A DNA stretch of 64,000 nt from Alphaproteobacteria bacterium (GCA_965214705.1 CBDCCI010000002.1:1760001-1824000); one strand, 5' to 3'. Counted from the stretch's first letter, positions 20,132 through 30,589 are shown. Translations and numbers: made by a program. The notes: generated from the sequence alone by a model not told the origin.

Positions 20132-20744
20132 CAGCCGCCTCGACCTGCTCTGATGCCCGCGTCTGACACCGCGGGATTCAGACCCCCCCTCGCCATATCG
20201 GCGGGCCAGAGATGCGGCCTTCGGCCAACGAAAGAGCCTCGGCATCCCGGATGATGTTTCTTTCGGTGCTCAATAGCTCCGCCCACACGCGCCCCTGTCA
20301 ACGCTTGACCCTCGCCCTCGCGAGCGACGGCCCATGACTCGGGGTGGAAGTGGTGGCTCACCTTCTCCTTCCTGTTGGACTTTCACCAACTGCACTCGCA
20401 CCAGTTCGCCTGGCGCACACCGTTCCCACTCCGCATCGGTGGCCATGACCGCGCGCTGGTGCCGTCCGCCGGCGTCCTCCTTCATCGTGGCCATCCGCCC
20501 GTAGGGACCTGCTGCAACCGCGACACGCGGCTACCCTTGAATGTAGAATAGATCACGAAATTCATATGGAATTCCTAGCACCAAATATTATATGCCATAC
20601 GTGTGTCCTGTCTGAATGATCCATTTTCGCCACAGGCACCATATCAGTGCTCCACAGGAAATTCCACATCTCGGCTTCCCCAAATGCAACTCACAAGAGA
20701 CACAAGATCAGCCGATGTGTCCTCCACCTTCGCTCCATTCGCCC

Positions 20745-20790
20745 TTGACATCACTCATAACCCACTGTAGCATAAGTCTAATACAGGAGG
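20745..20790 (+). promoter_or_regulatory. sigma70-like promoter TTGACA-N17-TAGCAT followed by AGGAGG with no ATG/GTG start
   Basis: Motif match and spacing in an AT-richer segment. Confidence 0.5.
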
Positions 20791-20832
20791 AAACTGCAAC
20801 CCTGCGTCCGCCCTCGTTTGCTGCAAAATTGC

Positions 20833-21570
20833 TTAAGGAAGTGCACACCTCGCGATCAGCCGATAGACGCCGAAGCGGGTGAACGGTGTCCCGAGCCGGC
20901 TGACGAACACCGCGTCATCGCCTGCGCGATCGCTGATCTCCTCCGCGAGTACGCGCTCGGTTTCCGGCCATAGCGGGCACTGGCGCGTCTTGCCGCCCTT
21001 GCCGTGCAAGGTGGCGAGATCGTGCCCGCCTTTCCGCGTTCCGATCTGCAGATCGCATACCCTCAGCTGGATGGCCTCGGACACTCTTGCGCCGGTGTTG
21101 TACAGGAAGAGCATAAGCGCGTACTCGCTCCGGCCCCGCCGGGTCTTGCGGTCGGGCGTCGCCAGCATCGCCTCCATCTCCGCCCGGGTCAGCCATCCGA
21201 CCGGCGGCGGCACCGATCTCTTCGACGCGATCGCCCGGATATGACCGCACCATTCGACATGGACCGGGTCGCGGCTGCCGACGAAGCGCGCGAAGGCCTG
21301 GATCGCAGCCAGTCGCTGATTGCGAGTCCGGACGGAGCAACCTCGATCCGTCTCGACATGGGCGAGGAACTCCCGCACGCATCCGGATGTGATGTCCCAT
21401 ACCGCGAGCCGGTCTACGGGCTTGCGCACCTTTCGGCTGACGAAGGGCAACAACAGGCGGAAGGTGTCGCGGTAGCTCTTGCGGGTGTTCCTGGCCAGAT
21501 TGCGTTCGGTGACGATGTGCTCGGTGAAGAACCGGCGGAGCCACGGGCCGAGGGTTGCGGGCTCAGGCAT
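20833..21570 (-). pseudogene. RIT third tyrosine recombinase (RitC-like), C-terminally truncated
   Basis: RTRNQRLAAI, YNTGARVSE and GKGGK present; stops before HxxR and the catalytic Tyr. Confidence 0.88.
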
Positions 21571-22513
21571 GCCGACCTCCCGCCGCATAGCGGGCGAACC
21601 GTAGCGACGCCTCTTCCAGGAGCTCCGGCGTCATCGACAGATAGATCTTCGTGCCCTCCAGATCGGCGTGACCGAGATAGGTGGAGAGCACCGGCAGCAG
21701 CCGTTGCACATCAGCGCCTTGCCGATACCAGCTCGTCAGGCGGTGGACGGCGAAGCTGTGCCGCAGATCGTGCAGCCGCGGGATCGTCCGCCCCGCCGCG
21801 GGACGGTGGACCCCGGCGAGGCGCCTCAGCGTGTCGAACGCGGCCAGCACCGTGCTACTGGCGAGCCGCGTCCCGTCCCGGTTCGCCAGGAGCAACGCGT
21901 CCCGGCCTTCCACCAGTCCGGCGCGCTGGCGCAGGGTCACGTGGCTTCCCAGAAGCGCTGCAAGCTGAGGGCCGACCGGGACCAGCCGGCTCTTGTAGAA
22001 CTTGGTGGCCCGGATGGTCAGGACGGCGTTCGCCAGATCGACGTCGGCAAGGGAGAGGCGAGTCGCCTCCCCGAATCGTAGGCCCGCGCCGTACAAGAGC
22101 AGAAGCAGCGTCCGGAACGTCACCGCGTCCAGCTGGACTGCGCGGCGCCGGCTCGCTTCCACGGTCGCGGGGTCGAACAGGCGCGCAAGTTCGTCGCGCG
22201 AGTAGATGTAGGGCGGCGCTCGGACGGGCGATCTCGGTGCGTCGGCCGGCATCGGTGAGCGGGACGCATGGCCGCGGCTGATCGCATGGCGCCAGAAGCC
22301 GGCAAGCGCATAGTATCTGTTCTCGCAGTGGCGCCTCGACACGCCTTCGCCCGCGAGATACGCCCGTACCTGCCCGGCGTTGATCGCGTCGCAGGCGGCT
22401 TCGCCATCGGCATGGTGAAGGAAGCCGCGCAACAAGCTCGCGCCGCTCGTGAACTTCGCGCCGTGAGCCTGTCGCCAGAGCACGTAGCGTTCGATCGCTT
22501 CTCGCAGGTTCAT
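21563..22513 (-). CDS. RIT second tyrosine recombinase (RitB-like)
   Basis: PYIYS, TKFYKSRLVP, HDLRHSFAV, LSTYLGH..T..Y. Confidence 0.92.
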   Translation of the reverse strand: MNLREAIERYVLWRQAHGAKFTSGASLLRGFLHHADGEAACDAINAGQVRAYLAGEGVSRRHCENRYYALAGFWRHAISRGHASRSPMPADAPRSPVRAPPYIYSRDELARLFDPATVEASRRRAVQLDAVTFRTLLLLLYGAGLRFGEATRLSLADVDLANAVLTIRATKFYKSRLVPVGPQLAALLGSHVTLRQRAGLVEGRDALLLANRDGTRLASSTVLAAFDTLRRLAGVHRPAAGRTIPRLHDLRHSFAVHRLTSWYRQGADVQRLLPVLSTYLGHADLEGTKIYLSMTPELLEEASLRFARYAAGGRHA

Positions 22514-23757
22514 ACCAGGCCCTCCATGTCGAGAGCCGCTACTTCGCGAAGCGCAGCGAGGTCGACCTTGGCGTAGATGGTGGTGGAGGTCGGATCTCGG
22601 TGCCCGAGGAAGTCGCCGATCACCTTCATCGACGTGCCCCGATCCAGCAGATGCTGGGCTGCGGCATGCCGCAGGGCGTGAGCCCCGCGTCGCCCGGTGA
22701 CGACGCCGATGCCAGCCAGCCGATCGCGGACGATCTTGCCCAAGGCCTTCCGGTCGAGCGGTCGGATCGGCGCGCGTGTTGTCAAGAAGAGACTGCGCCC
22801 GAAGCCGGACGGCCGCGCCTCCCTGATGTAGCACAGGATGGCGTGGCCCACGCCCTGCGACAGCGGCCACAGATGAGTGCGTCCCGGTTTCGGACAGCGG
22901 ACCCGGAGCATCGCGTTCTCCCAGTCCAGGTCATCGAGCTGCAGCCCGCCGACCTCTGCCGTCCGAAGCCCGTATGCGATGAACAGCATCAGGATCGCCC
23001 GATCGCGCTTGTCGATGGCCCGGTCGCCCGTAACCGACGCCAGCAAGCGCACGACATCCTCGCGCGGCAGCCCCTTGGGCACGGCCTCGTCGGCCATGAA
23101 GCGGGGCGCCACGATGCCCGCGGCAAGGCCCTCTCGGCACCAGCCGCGCATCTCGGCGAACAGGAAGAACGCTCTCAGCCGCTGCGCATAATCATGCCGC
23201 GTCCGGCGGCTCCAGGCACCCCGCTCATGCTCCGCCGCCATGGCATCGTCGATGTCGGTCATGCCGACCGCGCTCAACTGCACGCCCTTGGCAGCCAGGT
23301 GCAGGAAGAAGTGGTCGGCCGCTTTGCAATAGCTCTGCACGGTCGCATCGGAGAGCCCGTGTTCCTCGCGCGACCATCGTGCGAAGGCCTGGACCTCGGC
23401 GTGATGCGGATGGCGGTCGTCATCGACCTCGTCGAGCCAGCCCAGGAAAGCGAGCCAGCGAACACCGTGGCTGACGAAGCGGTCGCGCGTCTTCGGTGTT
23501 GCGGCTCGGTCGCACCGACGACCTCCGGGCCGCGCCCATATCGTCGCGGCTGCCTCGATCCGCGACCGGTCCACCGGTTCGCCATCTTCGAGGTTGAGAA
23601 GACGCACCAGACTCAGCTGATCGTTGGCGCACTTGCGCAAGGTCGACCGTCTCGCGCCGGTCGCCTTGAGATGAGCGAGGTATCGCTCCCGCTGCTCCAC
23701 CAGCGGCGCCTCTCGATACTTGTCGGCGGTGTAGGGGAAGAAGATGTCATCGAACAT
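22510..23757 (-). CDS. RIT first tyrosine recombinase (RitA-like)
   Basis: RDRAIL, GLR..EV, HALRH, LGH....T.IYAKVD...LR.VA; overlaps the next gene. Confidence 0.92.
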   Translation of the reverse strand: MFDDIFFPYTADKYREAPLVEQRERYLAHLKATGARRSTLRKCANDQLSLVRLLNLEDGEPVDRSRIEAAATIWARPGGRRCDRAATPKTRDRFVSHGVRWLAFLGWLDEVDDDRHPHHAEVQAFARWSREEHGLSDATVQSYCKAADHFFLHLAAKGVQLSAVGMTDIDDAMAAEHERGAWSRRTRHDYAQRLRAFFLFAEMRGWCREGLAAGIVAPRFMADEAVPKGLPREDVVRLLASVTGDRAIDKRDRAILMLFIAYGLRTAEVGGLQLDDLDWENAMLRVRCPKPGRTHLWPLSQGVGHAILCYIREARPSGFGRSLFLTTRAPIRPLDRKALGKIVRDRLAGIGVVTGRRGAHALRHAAAQHLLDRGTSMKVIGDFLGHRDPTSTTIYAKVDLAALREVAALDMEGLV

Positions 23758-23813
23758 GTTGGCCTCCTTGTGGTTGGAGGCGCGAGTTTCCCGACGATGC
23801 AGGGTGATGGAAG

Positions 23814-24842
23814 CTATGTTGATCCCACGAGGGGCCTATCGGTCAGCGCGAGTTGGGTATGCAGGCGGCCACTCAGCACCTCGACGCCGAGCCGGCGCAG
23901 GTCGCCGTTGAAGTCGTCCAGCGCGGGCACGAGCGTCAGCGCCTCGACGCCAGCGCCCCGCGCGCGATCGGCCAGGGTTCCCGCCGCACGCCGTCCTGCG
24001 GGATCGTTGTCTCGCGCGATGTAGAGCCGTCGCAGACCGGCAGCCAGTTCGAGGGCGGCGAGGTGGTTCGCCGAGAGCGCCGCCGCCATGGGCATGGCGG
24101 GCAGCGCGCATCGCAGCGACAGCATCGTCTCGATGCCTTCGCCGGCGGCGAGGACGTTGCCGGCCGCACCGAACCGGACGGCATGGCCGAGAAGGTCGCC
24201 CATCGCGCGTCGCGGCGTATCGATCGGCGCCTTGCCCAACCCGTCCGGGGCGATCCAGGTGCGATGCACGCCGGTGATCGCGCCCGAGAGGTCGGTGACG
24301 GCGGCGATCATCGCCGGCCAGGTCTCGGTCGGCGCATGCCCATCCGGGCGATACCAGCAGCGCGGATGGAAGCGGAGCGCTTCGCAGCTCGTCAGATGTA
24401 CGATCCCGCGGTTGCGCAGGTACGCCTCGGCCAGCGTGCCGGCGATCGGTCTGGCGATCGCCCAGAGCCTGCGCGCAGCTTCGGCCGAGCCCCTCGGGGC
24501 GGGCGCTCTTGACGCGACCGGCGGTTCGGTCCGGGGCAGCGACAGGAAGCGCCGCGCCTCCTCGGCGACCTCGCGGAACTCCGTGAGCCCGCAGCTCTCG
24601 CGGATCACGTCGAGCAGGTCGCCGTGCTCGGCCGAGGCCGCATCGCTCCAGCGCCCGGCGGCCCCAGGGCCGGCCTCCGGCCCGCTCAGCCGCACGTACA
24701 TCGACCGGCCGGGCGTGTTGCGCACGTCGCCCACCATCCAGTAGCGGCCCTGACGCCGACCCTTCGACAGATAGTGGCGGCAGACCGCCTCGGCGTCGCG
24801 CGCGAGGCGCCGTGCCAGCTCGGAAGCGTCGCGCGGCATCAC
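23814..24842 (-). CDS. Toprim-domain (primase-like) protein of alphaproteobacterial plasmid/ICE type
   Basis: AEAVCRHYL..GR..GRYW, GVHRTW, GEGIET, ARDND.AG, DFN.DL. Confidence 0.88.
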   Translation of the reverse strand: MMPRDASELARRLARDAEAVCRHYLSKGRRQGRYWMVGDVRNTPGRSMYVRLSGPEAGPGAAGRWSDAASAEHGDLLDVIRESCGLTEFREVAEEARRFLSLPRTEPPVASRAPAPRGSAEAARRLWAIARPIAGTLAEAYLRNRGIVHLTSCEALRFHPRCWYRPDGHAPTETWPAMIAAVTDLSGAITGVHRTWIAPDGLGKAPIDTPRRAMGDLLGHAVRFGAAGNVLAAGEGIETMLSLRCALPAMPMAAALSANHLAALELAAGLRRLYIARDNDPAGRRAAGTLADRARGAGVEALTLVPALDDFNGDLRRLGVEVLSGRLHTQLALTDRPLVGST

Positions 24843-24865
24843 GCGACCCTCCCCGCGGGACTGAG

Positions 24866-24947
24866 GTTATGTTGCCGAGAAACCGCAAAGCGCGTGCAGC
24901 TGCGCCGCCCAGCGCCGGGCCGCAACATAACCACCGGCGCAACATAA
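24866..24947. repeat. RIT-like terminal structure (TTATGTTGC...CGCAACATAA-N7-CGCAACATAA)
   Basis: Two direct 10-bp arms (24921-24930, 24938-24947) and one inverted arm (24867-24875). Confidence 0.65.
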
Positions 24948-25184
24948 TCCGTCCTGAACGAAGCCGCTACGCGGAGTTAGCGGCGTAGAGTTCATTCATT
25001 TCCGAGGCGTCGCGGGTGCCGTTTGTTCTGTGCGTTCGCTTCCCGGTTGCGTCAGTGGCGCTCCGCCCGTCGGGTGGCGGATCCCCAGCAGCCTCCCGAT
25101 CACCAGTGGTTAGCATCGACCCCTGCGACGGACCGTCGCCGGATCGGTCCGGCGGCGCGCCGTCGCGATCCAGGGAGATCGATA

Positions 25185-26063
25185 ATGACCGGGACCGCGT
25201 GCGACACGAACACCGTCACCCCTCTTCGCCAGCGCATGGAGGAGCAGCTCCGCATCGCCAATCTGGCCGCGAGCACGTCCAAGGCCTACATCTGCGAGAT
25301 CAAGAACCTGGCCAGGTACTACGACGCCTCGCCGGACGAGCTCGACGCCGAGCAGGTGCGCCAGTGGTACCTGGGGCGGATCGACAAGGGGCTCAGTCCG
25401 GGCACGACCAACGTCTCCTTCGCCGCGCTGAACTTCCTCTACATCGACACACTCGGCTGGCCTGACCATGTCGCCGGCCTGCGCTCCCGCAAGAAGCCCG
25501 GCAAGCTGCCGCGCTACATGTCGGAGCAGGAGGTCGAGCACCTCATCCTTGCGACACCCGACCTCCGCCACCGTGCTGCCATTGTCACCGGCTATGGCGG
25601 CGGGCTCCGCATCTCCGAGACCTTGGCCATCAAGGTCGGCGACATCCTGTCGGAGAAGAAGCTGCTGCACATCCCCTCCGGCAAAGGCGGCACCGAGAGA
25701 ATGGCACCGTTGCCGGACATCGTCATCCACTACTTGCGCGTCTACTACAGGAACATCTGGCCGCGTCCGACGAGCTGGCTCTTCTACGGCGTCTCGCTCG
25801 ACAGGCCCATCGCAACGGAGACCTTGCAGGCCGCCTTCAGGAGGGCGCGCGACATTGCCGAGCTCGACCGCAGCTACACCTTCCATTGCCTGCGCCATTC
25901 GGCGGCGACCCATCTCCTCGAGCGCGGCGGCGATATCGAGGTGATCCGGGACATGCTCGGCCATCGAAGCGCGAACACGACCCGTCACTACGCCCGCGTC
26001 ACCGGCAAGATGTTCGAGGGCCTCGACCACCCGATCTCAGGCTTCGCAGCGTTGCGCAACTGA
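25185..26063 (+). CDS. Tyrosine recombinase/integrase of element A2
   Basis: R-K-HxxR-H-Y motifs; nearly identical to 8734-9612. Confidence 0.93.
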   Translation: MTGTACDTNTVTPLRQRMEEQLRIANLAASTSKAYICEIKNLARYYDASPDELDAEQVRQWYLGRIDKGLSPGTTNVSFAALNFLYIDTLGWPDHVAGLRSRKKPGKLPRYMSEQEVEHLILATPDLRHRAAIVTGYGGGLRISETLAIKVGDILSEKKLLHIPSGKGGTERMAPLPDIVIHYLRVYYRNIWPRPTSWLFYGVSLDRPIATETLQAAFRRARDIAELDRSYTFHCLRHSAATHLLERGGDIEVIRDMLGHRSANTTRHYARVTGKMFEGLDHPISGFAALRN

Positions 26064-26069
26064 CGGCGC

Positions 26070-27311
26070 GTGGAGGCCGAACGCGCGGGCGTGGCGGAGA
26101 TCTTCCGCCGCGCCGGCGCCGCTTTCCGTGAGCGCCACAAAGGGCGCATCGACGCCGCCCGGCTCAAGGTCATGGGCGCCATCGAGGCGTGCCGCACCGC
26201 CGTGCTCGGCGGCCACATGTACGCCTGCGAGGGCTGCGGGCGCGAGCATCCGCTCTTCAACTCCTGCCGCAACCGCCACTGCCCCACCTGCCAGGGTCTC
26301 GCCGCCAACCTCTGGAGCGAGGAGCGCGCCGGGGACATCCTGCCGGTGCCCTACTTCCATGTGGTCTTCACCCTGCCCAAGGAGGTTGCCGCCATTGCCT
26401 TCTGCAACCGCAGGGTGGTGTTCGACATCCTCTTCCGGGCCGTCGCCGAGACCCTGCGCACCATCGCCGCCGATCCCCGCCACGGCGGCATGCGCATCGG
26501 CGGCACCGCGGTCCTCCATACCTGGGATCAGAAGCTCCGCTTCCACCCGCACCTGCACGTGGTCGTGCCCAACGCGGGCTTCGACGTAGACAGTGGCGAG
26601 TGGAAGACGGGGAGCACCACCTTCCTCGCCCCCGTCAAGGTCCTCGGCAGCCTGTTCCGCCGCCTCTTCCTCGAGGAGCTCGCCCGCGCCCACGGCCGGG
26701 GGGACCTGGAGTTCCACGGCACCCTCGCCCACCTCGCCAATCCCGGCGAGTTCCACGCCACGCTTGCCGCCGCCCGGGCCAGGGACTGGGTGGTCTACGC
26801 CAAGCGGCCCTTCCGCGGGCCTGAGCAGGTCTTCCGGTACCTCTCGCACTACACGCACAGGATCGCCATCTCCGACAGCCGCATCGTCTCCTTCGACGGC
26901 GAGACGGTCTCCTTCCGCCACCGAAAGCCCAAGGCGCCGGGGCAGAGAAAGCCGCGCTACGGCATCGCCACCGTGAGCGCCGACGAGTTCATCCGCCGCT
27001 TCCTGAGGCACGTCCTGCCGGACGGCATGCACCGCATTCGCTACTTCGGCATCCTCGCCAACGGCTGCCGCGCCAGCACGCTGGAGAGAGCACGCCAGGC
27101 TCTCGGCGCCCTCGGCTGCGCCGCCCCCGAGGGAAGCGTGGACGGCGCTCGGGCCGAGCCCGACGAAGAGCCCGAGATCGGCACCGCGCCCGTGGCCTGC
27201 CCCCACTGCGGCGGCGTCATGCGCCTCGTCCGCGAAATCCGCCGCCGCCATGAGCCCCGCTCGACGCGCGGCCCGCCGGCGCTGCCGCCGACCCACAGGG
27301 GGAAACCGTGA
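26070..27311 (+). CDS. IS91-like HUH (Y2) transposase with Zn-binding domain
   Basis: CEGC..CRNRHCPTC, HTW.Q....HPHLH, YLSHY, IRYFG, CPHC. Confidence 0.95.
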   Translation: MEAERAGVAEIFRRAGAAFRERHKGRIDAARLKVMGAIEACRTAVLGGHMYACEGCGREHPLFNSCRNRHCPTCQGLAANLWSEERAGDILPVPYFHVVFTLPKEVAAIAFCNRRVVFDILFRAVAETLRTIAADPRHGGMRIGGTAVLHTWDQKLRFHPHLHVVVPNAGFDVDSGEWKTGSTTFLAPVKVLGSLFRRLFLEELARAHGRGDLEFHGTLAHLANPGEFHATLAAARARDWVVYAKRPFRGPEQVFRYLSHYTHRIAISDSRIVSFDGETVSFRHRKPKAPGQRKPRYGIATVSADEFIRRFLRHVLPDGMHRIRYFGILANGCRASTLERARQALGALGCAAPEGSVDGARAEPDEEPEIGTAPVACPHCGGVMRLVREIRRRHEPRSTRGPPALPPTHRGKP

Positions 27312-27573
27312 GACGCCCGCTCGCTTCGGCCCCGCGCAACGGCGCCAAAGCGCCGACGCACGACCGAACCTGTCTCCGCTTGAGCCGGGCTGACAGCCCT
27401 CGGCTCACACCCCGCTCAGTCCTCGCAGCGTGCGCCCGCATGCCTGCCGAAAGACCGGCGCGAGCGTCGATTTTATGCGCAACTCTGCTGCCGGTGGATG
27501 CCGCCTGACGCTGACATCAGCGCACTTTCCACATAGCTCAACTTCGCCTCTCGTGGCCCGCGGCTTCGTTCAA

Positions 27574-27615
27574 AAGGGTTGGGCAGGCTCTCTCTCGAGA
27601 GCCTGCCCAACCCTT
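27574..27615. repeat. Terminal 19-bp hairpin of element A2
   Basis: Same stem as 5533-5574; loop is in the opposite orientation relative to the element. Confidence 0.95.
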
Positions 27616-27839
27616 AACCTTGAACTGAGCCGCGTTCCGCGGCGGGGCGCCTCGGCCGCCGGGTGCCCAGAGTGATCTCCTTGCCGCGCGTAAGTTGAGT
27701 GTGGCCGTTCGCTCCAGCGTCTGGGCGCAGGGTCGAATCCTGTTTCTCCCTCGTTGATCGATGGTCGTCGACCGCCAAGCCGGCGAGCAAGAGCATGGGC
27801 GTGTCTTCGTGACAGACCAAACCCAGAGGGAGACGCCCC

Positions 27840-28694
27840 ATGACGGCACTTCGCCAGCGCATGATCAACGACATGACGGTTCGCGGCTTCGCCGAGAACA
27901 CCAGGAAGTCCTACCTCAACTCGGTCTCCGGGCTCGCGGTTCACTACGGTCGCAGCCCCGAGCACATCTCAGCGGAGGAAGTCCAGGAGTACCTCATCTT
28001 TCTTCACGAAGAGCGGGGGCTGGCTTGGCAGAGCTGCAACAGCGCTCGCCAAGGGATCCGCTTCCTCTATCGCATCACGCTGGGCTTGCCCGAGCCGCAC
28101 TTCTATCTGCCCTTCGCCAAGACGCCTTCCACCCTGCCCGTACTGCTCAACCAAGACGAACTGGTGCGGCTGTTCAGCGTCACCATCAACCGCAAGCACC
28201 GCGCCTTGCTGATGACGGCCTATGCAGCGGGGCTTCGGGCGAGCGAGCTCGGCCGGTTGCAGATCAGCGATATCGACTCACAGCGGATGTGCCTGCGCGT
28301 CGATCAGGGCAAGGGCAACAAGGACCGCTACGTCCCGCTCTCGCCCCGGCTGCTCGACGAGCTGCGCGAGTACTGGCAGCGGGTACGGCCCGAGCACTGG
28401 CTGTTCCCCGGTCGGATTCCCGGCCGGCCGATGACGCGCCATGGGCCAGCACACGTTTACGATCGAGCCAAGGACAAAGCCGGGATCGCCAAGCCCGGCG
28501 GGATCCACACGCTGCGCCATTGCTACGCCACCGGGCTCCTCGAGGCCGGCGTCGAGCTGCATGTCATCCAACGCCGCCTCGGGCACACCTCAATCCGCTC
28601 GACCATGCGCTACCTTCACCTTGCTCACGACAAGACGTCCGCCACGCCGTCGCCCCTGGACCTGCTGGAGTTTCCGCGTCCTGCCCAGGCCTGA
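27840..28694 (+). CDS. Tyrosine recombinase/integrase of element B
   Basis: MTALRQRMI N-terminus, GLRASE, GKGNKDR, HTLRH, LGH, TMRY. Confidence 0.95.
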   Translation: MTALRQRMINDMTVRGFAENTRKSYLNSVSGLAVHYGRSPEHISAEEVQEYLIFLHEERGLAWQSCNSARQGIRFLYRITLGLPEPHFYLPFAKTPSTLPVLLNQDELVRLFSVTINRKHRALLMTAYAAGLRASELGRLQISDIDSQRMCLRVDQGKGNKDRYVPLSPRLLDELREYWQRVRPEHWLFPGRIPGRPMTRHGPAHVYDRAKDKAGIAKPGGIHTLRHCYATGLLEAGVELHVIQRRLGHTSIRSTMRYLHLAHDKTSATPSPLDLLEFPRPAQA

Positions 28695-28697
28695 CCG

Positions 28698-30589
28698 GTG
28701 GCTCATGTCGGCCACGCGGCGCCAGCCACACGGCCGGCGCTGGAGGTCGCGGACATCCTGCGCGAGCGCGGCGACGCCTATGGCGAGACACATCTGCTCT
28801 CGGCCCAGCAGCAGAGGGTCGTCGACGCGCTGGTGAACTGCCGCACCGCTGTGCTCGGCGGGTTCAAGGCAGAATGCGATCACTGCGGGGCGGTGACGAT
28901 CCAGTACGCCTCGTGCCGGAACCGTCATTGCCCCAAGTGCCAGACCCTCTCGCAGACCAGGTGGGTTGAGCGTCAGTGCGCCGATCTGCTCGACATCGAC
29001 TACTGGCATGTCGTGTTCACCCTGCCCCACGAGCTCAACCCCGTGGCCCAGGGCAATGCCGCGCTCATCTACAGGCTGCTCTTCAAGGCCGCCTCCCAGA
29101 CCCTGCTCGAGTTCGGCCGCAATCCCCGCTGGCTCGGCGGCGAGCTCGGCATCACCATGGTGCTGCACACTTGGGGGCAGAATCTGGGAGCGCCAGGCTA
29201 ACTCTGTCGTGGATAGCCGGTGAAAGTCCGGTGAAGGGAAGGACTAACGAACCACCCTTGCCTTGAGCCGTGCGTCGGCCTTCGCGAGGAGGCAGGCGAA
29301 GCGTCGGTAGAGGTGCGCGTGGGCAGGACATTGAGCACCGAAAATGCCGTCATTCGGAGTGCCGAGGCCATCCAGAAGGTCGAAGGCAACACCGGCCGCC
29401 CGCTTTCGTGAGGGCCGGCAGGGCTCCGCGGTGTCCAAGACCCCAGGCACGCGCGTACGTCCACACAGGGGACCTGGGAGGCCTCTTCATCACCCGTGCC
29501 TCAGAGTGCGGGTCGTGACGGGAAGGGTGGATGCCCATAGCCGTCGATGTACGATGGGGAGGAATCTGACTCGGTCGTAGTACCGTTGAAACGGGGGAAC
29601 AAAGGGGCGTGACAACCTTGGCGGACTTCGTGGAGGAAAGGACCGGGGCCAACGGGAGATCGGGGACCTGAAGCATGTGCCGGGCACAGAACCGGGTAAG
29701 CATGTCACAGGAGGGTCTCCGAACACGCCGCCGTGCGAGACGTCGCAAGAGCGACGAGAGTGCGCCGGACGTCTGACCGGAGGCAGGAGCCGGATGCCTT
29801 AGCGGGCACGTCCGGATCTGCGCGGGGGGCGCTGGGTAACCAGCGTCCCTACCGCGAAGACAGCACATCCATGTCCACTGTATCGTCACCGACGGCGGTC
29901 TGAGCCCGGACAGAGAGCGCTGGCTCACTCCCGCGCGCAAGGGCTTCCTGTTCCCCACGGTCGCGCTCTCGAAGGTCTTCCGCGGCAAGTATCTCGACTT
30001 CCTCGGCGCCGCGCACCGCGACGGCGAACTCCGGCTCAAGGTCGTCGGCGGTGGTGACGACAGCCGCGAGTTCGAGTGTCTGAAGACCGCGCTGCGGTCG
30101 AACGACTGGGTGGTCTACACCAAGGCCCCGTTCGCCGGCGCCGGGCACGTTCTGGCCTATCTCGGGCGCTACACCCACAAGGCTGCCATCGCCAATCATC
30201 GCCTCGTCGACTTCGACGGCGAGCACGTTCGCTTCCGTTGGCGCGACTACGCTGACGGCAACAAGGTCAAGGTGATGCGTCTCGACGTCGACGAGTTCAT
30301 CCGCCGCTTCCTCCTGCACGTCCTCCCGCGCGGCTTCACCCGCCTGCGCCACTACGGCTTGCTCGCCAATCGCTGCCGGGCTCGCAAGCTCGCCCGCTGC
30401 CGAGACCTGCTCGGCCAGCCTGCCCCTGAACCGCGGGAGCCGGAAACGACGCAGCAGATGATGCTGCGACTGACGGGGATCGACATCACCGTGTGCCGCC
30501 AGTGCGGCGAGGCAACGCTGCGGCAAACCGTCATTCTTGAGCCGCAGCCCCAAGCAGCCATGCGGGCGACGAATACCCGACCGCCGTGA
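28698..30589 (+). CDS. IS91-like HUH transposase interrupted by a group II intron (join 28698-29187, 29859-30589; 406 aa)
   Basis: Spliced sequence reads HTWGQNLG-QHIHVHC, 1221 nt in frame; CRNRHCPKC, YLGRY, LRHYG. Confidence 0.88.
29188..29858 (+). ncRNA. ORF-less group II intron (671 nt)
   Basis: 5' GAGCGCC; domain V GAGCCGGATGC..GCACGTCCGGATC; domain VI ending CCCTACCGCGAA; EBS1-like CCAGA (29372-29376) complementary to exon end TCTGG (29183-29187); only IEP termini remain. Confidence 0.9.

Larger units (their letters stand above)
24956..27619 (+). mobile_element. Integrase + IS91-like transposase element, intact copy A2
   Basis: 12-bp IR GAACGAAGCCGC (24956) / GCGGCTTCGTTC (27560-27571), then terminal hairpin; boundaries from comparison with A1. 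Confidence 0.92.

Noticed and set aside
20270-20494. 74-aa ORF starting like an RHH/MobC-type protein (ATDAEWER)
   Set aside because: Resemblance ends after ~25 aa; probably a fragment and too weak to call.
27840-28694. Integron integrase with a cassette array
   Set aside because: Too short to contain the IntI-specific insertion, coupled to a Y2 transposase, and no series of cassettes with attC sites.
29350-30039. ORFs within the group II intron as RT/maturase or retron/DGR parts
   Set aside because: No YADD or other RT motifs; the IEP is deleted.
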